This document shows, piece after piece, positions 41,088 through 49,263 of a DNA stretch of 64,000 nucleotides; the stretch's first letter is position 1; each line of letters begins with the position of its first letter. The notes below the pieces were generated by a model. It was given only the letters and a program-made list of their open reading frames with translations. It was not told the DNA's origin and made no database searches. The stretch covers positions 31,955-95,954 of the forward strand of contig JBKBRF010000014.1 of NCBI GenBank assembly GCA_046292385.1. The letters are read 5' to 3'. The stretch is from Armatimonadota bacterium. GTDB lineage: Bacteria > Armatimonadota > SYMT01. A program made the translations under genes and the position numbers.

Positions 41088-43943
41088 TCACCCCGTGCTC
41101 TGCATCCCCGCGGCGATCCCGATGATCGAGAGCAGCAGCGCGTTCCTCCAGGGGTCGTCTTCGCCTTCGTGGTGCTCGTCGAGGTCCATCAGGGCGACCT
41201 GCAGCTTGTTGAGCGGTGCCAGGGCAGGGTTGCGGAGGGCGACCGTCTTCCGGATCACCGGCGCCTGGGAGAGCAGCACCTCGTCGCCGGTGACGCGCAG
41301 GATCCAGCGGCTGGTGCGCTCGTGCTCCGCCGCGATCAGGCCGTGGATCCGCTCCCCCAGCTCCGGCGGCTGCACGCGGGCGGCGTACCAGGCGGCGGTG
41401 CGGAGGTCGGCGCGCACCAGCTCGAGCTGGGTGTTGCGGACGATCGTCCGGAAGAACGGCCACTCCTGGTGCAGGCGGCGCAGCAGCGCCTCGTGCTCCG
41501 GAGACTGCTCCGCGAACCACTCCAGCGCGCTGCCGAAGCCGAACCAGCCGGGGAGCACGTAGCGCGCCTGCACCCAGGCGAAGACCCACGGCACCGCCCG
41601 CATGTGCTCTGGGCCGCCCTTGGCGCGGCCGGGCCGGAAGACGGGCCGGGAGGCGATGGAGAGGCGGCTGATCGGCTCGATCGGGGTCGCCTGGAGGTAG
41701 AAGTCCCAGAAGTCGGGGTCGTGGTGGACCAGCGACTGGTAGACCTCCCGCGAGCGCTCCGCCATCGCGGCAATCGCTTCGGCTCCGCCTTCCGGCAGTC
41801 GGAGGCGCGCGGCGGTGCGGCCGGCGGTGAGCAGCACGGCGCTGGCGATCTGCTCCAGGTGCCGGTGCGCGATCGGCGGCAGGCCGTAGCGGAAGGAGAT
41901 GATCTCCCCCTGCTCCGTGAAGCGGATACGGCCCTGGAAGCTCCCCGGCGGCTGCGAGAGGATCGCCTGGTTGGCGCGTCCGCCGCCCCGGCCGACCGTC
42001 CCCCCGCGCCCGTGGAAGAGGCTCACCTCCACCCCGGCGCGCCGGCCGACCGCCGCCAGGCGGCGCTGGGCGTCGTAGAGCAGCCAGTTGGACGCGAGAT
42101 AGCCGCCGTCCTTGTTGCTGTCCGAGTAGCCGAGCATGATCTCCTGGCGGTCGCCGCGGGCGCGGACCTGGTGCGCGTAGGCGGGGTTGCGGAAGAGACG
42201 GCGGGTCAGCTCCTCGCAGTGGCGGAGGTCCTCCACCGTCTCGAAGAGCGGGACGATGTCGACGTCGCTCTCCAGCACCGGCTCGCCGCCCTCCTGGGTG
42301 CGCCAGCGCACCAGCCCCTCTTCCTTCGCCAGGAGCAGCGCCTCCAGCACGTCGCTCGCGCCGCGGGTCATGCTGATGATGTAGGTGGTGACGGCGCGGG
42401 GGGAGAGGTAGCGCTGCGCGTGCCGGATGACTTCCAGCACCTGCAGGGCGCGGCTGCTCCCTTCGGAGCCTTCCCAGCCGCGCGGCAGCAGCGGGCGCGG
42501 GTTCAGCAGCTCCCGGGTGAGCAGGCGCACCTTCTCCGCCTCCGAAAGCTCCTTGTAGCTCCGGCCGGGCGGCAGCAGCCGGGCGGCGTGGACCAGCTCG
42601 TCCATCACCGCCTCGTGCTCGTCGCTGTGCTGGCGCACGTCGAGGGAGGCAAGGTGCAGGCCAAAGGTGCGCACCTGCACGGCCAGGTGCGCCAGGCCGC
42701 CCTCGTCCGCCAGCGCCTCCGCGTGGTTCTCCCGCAGGCTGCGGCGCATCCGCTCCAGGTCTTCCAGCAGCTCCTCGGCGCCGGAGTAGGCGGGGGCGTG
42801 CGGGACGAACGAGGGACCTTCCGCGCGGAAGTCGGTCAGCGCGGCCAGGTGGTCGAGGGTCGCCTGCAGCCGCTCGCGGATGAAGAGCAGCTTGCGGGAG
42901 TACGGCTCGGAGGCGGCGCGCGCCAGCAGCTCCTCCGGAACCGGGACGGTCTGGTGGTCGTGCTCCAGCGACTCGAGCAGCTCCGCGCTGGCCGGCACCT
43001 GCCGCGCGCTCACGGTCAGCTCCCGCCGCAGCGCCTGCGCGCGCTCCAGGTAGTACTCCAGCACCAGCTCCCGGTGGGAGAGCAGGGTGGTCCAGGTCAC
43101 CTCCGGCGTCACCCTCGGGTTGCCGTCCCGGTCGCCGCCGATCCAGGAGTGGTAGACCACCAGCGGCGGGATGTCGAACGTCACCCCCGGGTACGCCTCC
43201 GCCAGGGCGGCGCGGAGGTCGTCGTGGAGCCACGGCACCACGTTCAGGATGGTGCGCTCGAAGAAGAAGAGGCCGTTGCGTACCTCGTCGCCGACGGTCA
43301 ACGGCGCGGCGCGCAGCTCATCGGTCTGCCAGAGCGCCGTCAGCGCCTGGCGCAGCTCCGTCTCCGCGTGCCCGCGGCTGTCGAGCGGCCGGTCGAGCCG
43401 CGGCAGGGAGGGCGGCTGCGCCCGCTCCACCAGGGCGGCGGCGATGCGCTGCAGCTTCTCCAGCACCGCCCGGCGGCGCGCCTCGGTGGGGTGGGCGGTG
43501 AGGGTGGGGCCGATGCGGACGCGGTTCAGCAGCGCCTGCATCTCCTCCGCGGTGGTGCCCGCCTGCCGCAGGCGCCGCACCGCGTCCCGGATCGATTCCG
43601 GCCGGGCGCGGCCGTTCGCGCCGGAGATCCGCTCCCGGTTGACCCGGATGATCTCCTTCTGCTCCGCGGTGTTGAGGAGCTGGAAGAACACGGTGAACGC
43701 GCGAAGCAGTCGCTCCAGCGTCTGCGGGTCGCGCAGGGCGGGGAACCGGTCCAGCAGCCCCTCCGGCGCCTGCTCGTCCGCGTAGAGCGCGCGGGCGAGC
43801 GCCAGCAGCGATTCCTCGCCCTGCTGGATCAGCAGCTCGCCCAGCATCTGGTCCAGCAGCAGGATGTCGTCGCTCAGGGAGTCGGTGAGACCGATCTCGC
43901 GGGGAGTCAGGGGCAGGAAGCGGTCTTGCGGCGATTCGTGCAT
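41088..43943 (-). CDS. ppc: Phosphoenolpyruvate carboxylase
   Basis: Signature motifs VGYSDSNKDGG and FHGRGGTVGRGGG plus the C-terminal ...MQSTG-type tail. ATG 43943. 951 aa. The N-terminal 79 aa of the ORF track are rejected. Confidence 0.9.
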   Translation of the reverse strand: MHESPQDRFLPLTPREIGLTDSLSDDILLLDQMLGELLIQQGEESLLALARALYADEQAPEGLLDRFPALRDPQTLERLLRAFTVFFQLLNTAEQKEIIRVNRERISGANGRARPESIRDAVRRLRQAGTTAEEMQALLNRVRIGPTLTAHPTEARRRAVLEKLQRIAAALVERAQPPSLPRLDRPLDSRGHAETELRQALTALWQTDELRAAPLTVGDEVRNGLFFFERTILNVVPWLHDDLRAALAEAYPGVTFDIPPLVVYHSWIGGDRDGNPRVTPEVTWTTLLSHRELVLEYYLERAQALRRELTVSARQVPASAELLESLEHDHQTVPVPEELLARAASEPYSRKLLFIRERLQATLDHLAALTDFRAEGPSFVPHAPAYSGAEELLEDLERMRRSLRENHAEALADEGGLAHLAVQVRTFGLHLASLDVRQHSDEHEAVMDELVHAARLLPPGRSYKELSEAEKVRLLTRELLNPRPLLPRGWEGSEGSSRALQVLEVIRHAQRYLSPRAVTTYIISMTRGASDVLEALLLAKEEGLVRWRTQEGGEPVLESDVDIVPLFETVEDLRHCEELTRRLFRNPAYAHQVRARGDRQEIMLGYSDSNKDGGYLASNWLLYDAQRRLAAVGRRAGVEVSLFHGRGGTVGRGGGRANQAILSQPPGSFQGRIRFTEQGEIISFRYGLPPIAHRHLEQIASAVLLTAGRTAARLRLPEGGAEAIAAMAERSREVYQSLVHHDPDFWDFYLQATPIEPISRLSIASRPVFRPGRAKGGPEHMRAVPWVFAWVQARYVLPGWFGFGSALEWFAEQSPEHEALLRRLHQEWPFFRTIVRNTQLELVRADLRTAAWYAARVQPPELGERIHGLIAAEHERTSRWILRVTGDEVLLSQAPVIRKTVALRNPALAPLNKLQVALMDLDEHHEGEDDPWRNALLLSIIGIAAGMQSTG

Positions 43944-44023
43944 GGTCCTGGTTCGATTGATGCGGCAAAACAAGCCCGGAGCACCCGCTTCGGCCCGATG
44001 GGTCAGCCCTGCGTTCTCTCGCG

Positions 44024-44165
44024 GAGTGACGCGCTTGCGCGGCCCTTCTCTCGGTGTGAAGTCGGCTCCGCCAAGCACGGCCGCCAGGCAGGAGCCGAAT
44101 GCTCGAAAGCAGGTGCCAGTACGCTGGGGAGGCCGCGCAAGCGCGTCACTCCGGCAGTACTCGGT
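44024..44165. repeat. MITE/REP-like palindromic element with 22-bp perfect terminal inverted repeats (GGAGTGACGCGCTTGCGCGGCC ... GGCCGCGCAAGCGCGTCACTCC)
   Basis: The arms lie at 44027-44048 and 44131-44152, separated by ~82 nt. A related partial copy occurs at 14117-14200. Intergenic, between the selenoprotein gene and ppc. Confidence 0.8.
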
Positions 44166-44313
44166 GGCGTCTCCTGGCACTCCGCGGGAGCGCTCCGCAC
44201 CCGCATTTCACTGCCACGTCACACGGGAACGCGAAAAGGCCGGGCGCCACCCGGAAGCATACCACGCATCCGGAAGCGGCACCCGGCCTGCAGAGCCGGT
44301 GAGAGCCGGGACC

Positions 44314-45432
44314 CTACTTGATGCCGGCCTTCTCGATCGCCTCGCGCATGGCGGTCTCGTTGAAGCCGACGCCGCGCCACAGGATCGTGCCGTCCGCCCC
44401 GATCAGGTAGTTGGTCGGGTAGGCCTGCACGCCGTAGGCCTTGCCGAGGGTGTACTTGTCGCGGTCGCCGCCCATCACGATCGGGAACGACCAGCTGTTG
44501 TCCTTGATGTATTTCTGGACCGTCTCCAGCTTGTCGGAGGCGTTCACGGCGACCAGGCCCAGGCCCTTGTCCTTCAGCTCGGTGTAGATCTTCTGGAGGT
44601 GAGGAAACTCCTCACGGCAGGCGCCTCAGCCATAGAACCAGAAGTTGATCACCACCGCCTTCTTGCCCTGGAGCGCCTGCTCCAGGCTGAGCTGCTGGCC
44701 GTCCGGGGTGGGGAGCTGGAAGCTCGGCGCCTTGCTGCCGACCTTCAACAGGCTGTCCTCGAAGTCGGGCTGCTTGAACTCTTCGAAGCCCGCCGGGACC
44801 TTGAACGCGAACTGCTGCGCGGTCAGCGGCGCGTCGAGCTTCAGGTTCTTGATCCAGATGCGCTGGGTCAGCTTCTGCTCGCCGTTGCCGAACGTCATCT
44901 CCGCCCCTTCCGGCACGCCGGCAGCGGTGAAGAAGAGCTTCTGGGTCTGGCCGCCCGCGCCGGAAACCTGCACTACCTCGTAGCTCTTGGCGCCGACCTT
45001 CTGCGTCCCCAGGTGCTTCGTCTCGCCCCCGGCTCCGAGGGAGTCCGGGTTGAAGAACGCCGCGCCGATCGGGCCCGCAGCGCTGCCGATCATGCCGCCC
45101 TTCTCGTCCGCAGGCTGCTTGAGGTACTGCTTCTGGGAGTCGAGCGTGATGTAGACTTCTTTCCCGGTCGACTGAAAACTCTGGCTGCCTTCGGGCGTCT
45201 TCAGGGTCAGCTTGCCGAGGTTCGGCTTCAGAAGCTGCACCGTGCCGGTGAGCTCCTGCTTCTCCCCGTCGCTGTTGATGTTGATCTGGAGATCCCCGGT
45301 CAGGCTCTTCGCCTTCTTCAGGCTCTCCCGCGCCTTCGCCAGGAGCGCGTCGGATTTCGAGTCCGCGTGGGCCGCCGCCACCGCCACCAGGGCGGCCGCG
45401 CAGGCCAGCGCGGAGATGGGTCGCAAACGCAT
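44314..45432 (-). CDS. Selenoprotein: secreted TlpA/ResA-like thiol:disulfide oxidoreductase with UxxC active site (in-frame TGA at 44626-44628), preceded by an N-terminal LolA-like domain
   Basis: ORFs 44626..45432 and 44314..44547 are in the same frame. Read-through gives ...VINFWFYG-U-GACREEFPHLQKIY..., which is the canonical TlpA FWASWCGPCRxExP motif with the first Cys replaced by a TGA codon. A hairpin lies 10 nt 3' of the TGA. Signal peptide MRLRPISALACAAALVAVAAAHA. Confidence 0.7.
44599..44615 (-). promoter_or_regulatory. SECIS-like hairpin GUGAGGA-GUU-UCCUCAC, 10 nt downstream of the in-frame UGA
   Basis: Perfect 7-bp stem with GU in the apical loop. The paralogue (45790-45806) carries GUGCGGA-GUU-UCCGCAC, a compensatory A:U to C:G change that preserves the stem. 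Confidence 0.55.
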
Positions 45433-45495
45433 GGCATACCTCCGATGGGGCCGTGGAGCTCCGGCGAGGCCGCCGGATTCCGGACCTCGGTCACG

Positions 45496-46692
45496 CTACT
45501 TTACCCCGAGCTTCTCAATCGCATCCCGCAGGGTCTTCTCCGTGGCGGGAGAGAAGCCGACTCCCCGCCACGCGACCTTTCCTTCCGAATCGAGCAGGTA
45601 GTTGGTGGGGTAGGCGCGCACTCCGTACGCCTTCCCCAGCGTGTACTGCTCCCCCTTGCCGCCCATCACGATCGGGAAGGTGAACTTCCCTTCCTGCACG
45701 TACTTCCGGATCGTCTCCTCGCTGTCGCCCCGGTTGACGGCGATCAGCTCGAGACCCCGGTCCTTCAACTCTTCGTAGATCTTCTGGAGGTGCGGAAACT
45801 CCGCACGGCAGGCGCCTCAGCCGTAGAACCAGAAGTTGATCAGGACCGCCTTCTTCTCTTTGAGCGCGCTTTCCAGGCTCAGTTGCCCGCCGCCCGGTTG
45901 GGGCAGCTGGAACCGTGGCGCCTCTTTGCCTACCGGGATCAGCTCCGCCGTGTAGTCCGGCGCCACCGGCTGCGCGATGACATATTTCTGGTAGCCCTCC
46001 GGAATCTCCCGCACCAGCTCTTCCGGCTTCGCCGGCTCGTTCAGGCGCACTTCCGTGAGCCAGCCGGAGTTGCGCAGCATCTGGTCGCCGGTGCGGAAGA
46101 GGAGCTCCACCCCGCGCAGCACTCCCGCTTCGTCGAAGAAGAAGCTCCGCTCCTGCGGCGCCCGCTCCGCCCGGAGCTGCAGCACTTCGTAGGTCCGGCC
46201 GTCCACCTCCTTCCGGCCGCCGTAGCTCAGCGTGCCGGCCTCCAGCTCCGCCTTCAGGTTCAAGAAGGCGTGCATCGGCATGAACGTCCCACCGAAGCCG
46301 ACGTTACGCCCCTGGGGATCGGCGGCCGATTCCAGGAACTGCTTCTGCGACGTCATCAGCCGGAGGAGCTGCTTTCCGTCCGAGACGACGGTCTGGACGG
46401 GGGCGCCCTCGAAGAGCACCGTGTAGCGTGCCAGGTTCGGGCGCTGGATGACCCCCTTGACCCGGTACTCGAATTCTCGACCGCCGCCGCCGCGCGTGAT
46501 CTTCATCTCACCGCGCAGCGTCTGGATCTTCTCCGCCGCCGCCAGGGCTCGCGCCTTCAGCGCCTCCGCCTGCTCGTCGGCGCGCGCCGCCAGGCCCAGC
46601 GCCAGCACGCCCAGCGCCGCCAGCAGTCCCGCATGCCGTCTCCTCATGCCGCCGCTCCTTTCCCGCCGCCGCCCGCGCGTCGGCCGTATCAC
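45496..46692 (-). CDS. Selenoprotein paralogue: TlpA-like thiol:disulfide oxidoreductase with UxxC (in-frame TGA at 45817-45819)
   Basis: Read-through gives ...VLINFWFYG-U-GACRAEFPHLQKIYEELKDRGLELIAVN.... The true start is probably ATG ~46647 (MRRRHAGLLAALGVLALGLAARA signal peptide). The SECIS-like hairpin is conserved. Confidence 0.7.
45790..45806 (-). promoter_or_regulatory. SECIS-like hairpin GUGCGGA-GUU-UCCGCAC downstream of the UGA of the second selenoprotein
   Basis: Same position relative to the UGA as in the first copy. The base pair co-varies. Confidence 0.55.
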
Positions 46693-46885
46693 TCTGTTGC
46701 CGATCCGGCACCGCGATCCCTCTCCTCGGCTCGCCGGCGGCGCGCTCCCGGAGAGGCACGCTTCAGGACGCCGGGGAACAGGTATCCTTTAGAGGACGGC
46801 GACCTCGCGCGCGTTACGCCTGCACGGAGCGCCGATGGCCGGACCCATTTGCTTAGACGCACCGATTAGACGGAAGGACCACCCC

Positions 46886-48076
46886 ATGTCGCTCCGCAGG
46901 CTTCAACCGTTCGCGGTGCTCTTCCTCGCGCTGGGAGCGCTGCTCCCCGGTCGCGCGCTGCAGGAGACCCCGCCGCCTCGCCCGGGTGAAGGTCACCTGG
47001 TCCAGTGGGAAGGCTGGAGCTTCCGCTGGTCGGTCCGCCCGCGCGAGGGGATCGTGCTCAGCGACGTGTCGTTCCAGGGCCGCAAGGTCTTAAAGCACGC
47101 CTCCATCGTGGAGATCTTCGTGCCGTACGACCAGGGCCAGCCGCGTCCGGAAGACTCGCTGGACGGGATGGGCGTCAACCTGGTCGAGCTGCTCCCCGGA
47201 AAGGACTGCATCCCCGGCACGATCTGCCGCATGCTCAATGCCGAGGGCAAGGAAGAGGGGAAGCGGCTGGTGGGGCTGCACGAGGAATACACCGGCCTGA
47301 ACTACCTGGGCGACCAGGGCCGCTCCTACGGCAAGATGCTGGTGCTCTGGGGCAGCTCCCGGCTGGGGAAGTACACCTACTTTCTCCGGTGGCGGTTCAG
47401 CAGCGACGGCAGCATGCACCCGGACGTGGGCCTCACCGGCCGCCTGGAGCATACCCGCCCCGGAACCACCACGCCGCACGGCACGCAGGTGGGGCGCGAA
47501 TCGAACGGTGAGCCGGTCTTCGCGCCGTCGCACGTCCACAATTTCTACTACCGCCTCGACTTCGACATCGACGGCGCCGCGGACGACGTGGTGGAGGAAT
47601 CGAGCCACAAGCAGGACCAGCCCGGCCGGAGCCTCACCGCCCAGGACCAGTGGACGCCGGTGCTCCGGGAGGGCGGCCGCAGCCTCGACTCGGACGCGTT
47701 CCGCACCTGGCGGGTGGTCGACAAGAATTCGAAGAACGCCCTCGGACACCGGCGCTCCTACGAGCTGATGCCGGGCGGCAACGGCCGGTTCCGCGGCGCG
47801 GCGGAGGAGGCGTTCACCCAGGCCGACCTGTGGGTGACGCGCTACCGCCCCAACGAATTCCCGCTCAGCTCCGAGGTCCCGGTCCCCACCCGCCTCGCGC
47901 TGCCGCTCTTCACCAACCGGGAGCCGCTGGCGGAGCAGGACGTGGTGGTCTGGTACACGATGTCGGTCCACCATATCCCCCGCACGGAAGACTGGCCCGC
48001 CATGCCGGTCGTCTGGGCCGGCTTCAACCTGATGCCGAGAGACTTCCTGGACGGCAGCCCTTTGCGGCCGCAGTAG
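46886..48076 (+). CDS. Secreted copper-amine-oxidase-like catalytic-domain protein (divergent; canonical TPQ N-Y-D/E-Y motif not seen)
   Basis: ATG 46886 with GGAAGGA SD. Signal peptide. HVHNFYYRLDFDIDG matches the CuAO HxH...RLDxDVDG copper-site motif, and ...EDWPAMP matches the CuAO C-terminal motif. Confidence 0.55.
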   Translation: MSLRRLQPFAVLFLALGALLPGRALQETPPPRPGEGHLVQWEGWSFRWSVRPREGIVLSDVSFQGRKVLKHASIVEIFVPYDQGQPRPEDSLDGMGVNLVELLPGKDCIPGTICRMLNAEGKEEGKRLVGLHEEYTGLNYLGDQGRSYGKMLVLWGSSRLGKYTYFLRWRFSSDGSMHPDVGLTGRLEHTRPGTTTPHGTQVGRESNGEPVFAPSHVHNFYYRLDFDIDGAADDVVEESSHKQDQPGRSLTAQDQWTPVLREGGRSLDSDAFRTWRVVDKNSKNALGHRRSYELMPGGNGRFRGAAEEAFTQADLWVTRYRPNEFPLSSEVPVPTRLALPLFTNREPLAEQDVVVWYTMSVHHIPRTEDWPAMPVVWAGFNLMPRDFLDGSPLRPQ

Positions 48077-48090
48077 CGGCCGGTTGAGGG

Positions 48091-48120
48091 TCTAGCGTTT
48101 AGGGTGTAGGGTGTAGGAGC
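48091..48120. repeat. G-rich TAGGGTGTAGGGTGTAGG element
   Basis: ggtctagcgtttagggtgtagggtgtaggagc, immediately after the stop of 46886..48076. Confidence 0.7.
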
Positions 48121-48288
48121 TCGGCAGCCTGGCTCACCCAAACCGACGCGCACGGCTTCATCGGTAAGCGTCGCGCTGGGGCCGGACCGACCGTGCGCGG
48201 GAGGTTCGGATTCCGCACTCCGTCCTCTGCACTCCGCCCTAAAGTCATCCGCTCGCACGTCTCCCTATCTCCTGACGAGGCCCTGACC

Positions 48289-49026
48289 GTGACGTTTCCT
48301 TTCTCACCCATCACCTATCTGGAGCCGCTCGACGTGGGGCGGGAGATCCAGCTCGACGCGCGGACGATGGAGGCGCTGGTGTTCCGGCAGATCCGAGTCT
48401 CGGAGGCGTTCACCCTGCGGGACTCCGCGGGCGACTACTTCCGGGCCAGCCTGCGCGAGGCGGGTCCCCGGGGTGGGGCGGCCGTGGTCTACGAGCGGAT
48501 GGAGCGCTCCCCGGAGAGTCCGCTGCAGCTCTCCCTCTACTGCGCGGTGCTCGCCCGGCAGCGGATGATGCTGGTGACCCAGAAGGCGACGGAGCTCGGG
48601 GTAGTCCGGCTGCAGCCGCTCTTCACGGAGCACTCGGTTCCGCCGGAAGGGCTGCAGCATGAGAAGGCGCACGCCTGGCCCAACCAGGCGCTGCGGGCGG
48701 TGCGCCAGTGCCGCCGCGCCAGCGTGCCGGAGGTCCGCCCTACCGTGCCGCTAGCCGAAGCCGTGCAGTACCCCACCTGGCAGCGGGCGGAGGCGCGCTT
48801 CTACCTGGATGACCGCGCCGCGGAGAAGACACAGCTCTGGCGCGGCCCGCGGGAAGTGGTGCTGGCGGTCGGTCCCGAGGGCGGCTGGAGCGACCCCGAG
48901 CGCAGCCTCCTCCAGGCCTCCGGCGCTCTTCCCCTCGCCCTCGGCGGCCGCGTCCTCCGCTCCGAGACGGCGGTACTGGTCGGCGTTACCCTCCTGCAGC
49001 ACCTGCTGGGCGACCTGCAAGTCTAA
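48289..49026 (+). CDS. rsmE: 16S rRNA (uracil1498-N3)-methyltransferase RsmE
   Basis: LAVGPEGGWSDPE motif and the SPOUT-fold RsmE architecture. Length 245 aa from the GTG 48289 start. Confidence 0.75.
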   Translation: MTFPFSPITYLEPLDVGREIQLDARTMEALVFRQIRVSEAFTLRDSAGDYFRASLREAGPRGGAAVVYERMERSPESPLQLSLYCAVLARQRMMLVTQKATELGVVRLQPLFTEHSVPPEGLQHEKAHAWPNQALRAVRQCRRASVPEVRPTVPLAEAVQYPTWQRAEARFYLDDRAAEKTQLWRGPREVVLAVGPEGGWSDPERSLLQASGALPLALGGRVLRSETAVLVGVTLLQHLLGDLQV

Positions 49027-49263
49027 TCAGCCCGAGCGGAGGTGTAAGAAAAGGGGATAGGGGGATGTATTGGGGATGGGGGGGATGTTTGGGGAAGCTA
49101 GCCGCGCCGCGGCTCGACTGATCCCGTGGAGCCAGCAGCGCCGCTGGCGTGACCGTCACCCGAGCATGGAGCCAGTTTCGGTTCCCGCACGCCAGGACTG
49201 AATCCCATCATCCCCTCATCCCCGTTCCTACATCTCCTCATCCCCTGAGAAGGTCCGGATCGC

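Noticed and set aside
40237-41562. 441-aa plus-strand ORF downstream of the L,D-transpeptidase
   Set aside because: Its 3' half is antisense to ppc. The 5' half has no SD, no motifs, and contains the dispersed repeat. Small minus-strand ORFs with SDs are more plausible occupants of this region.
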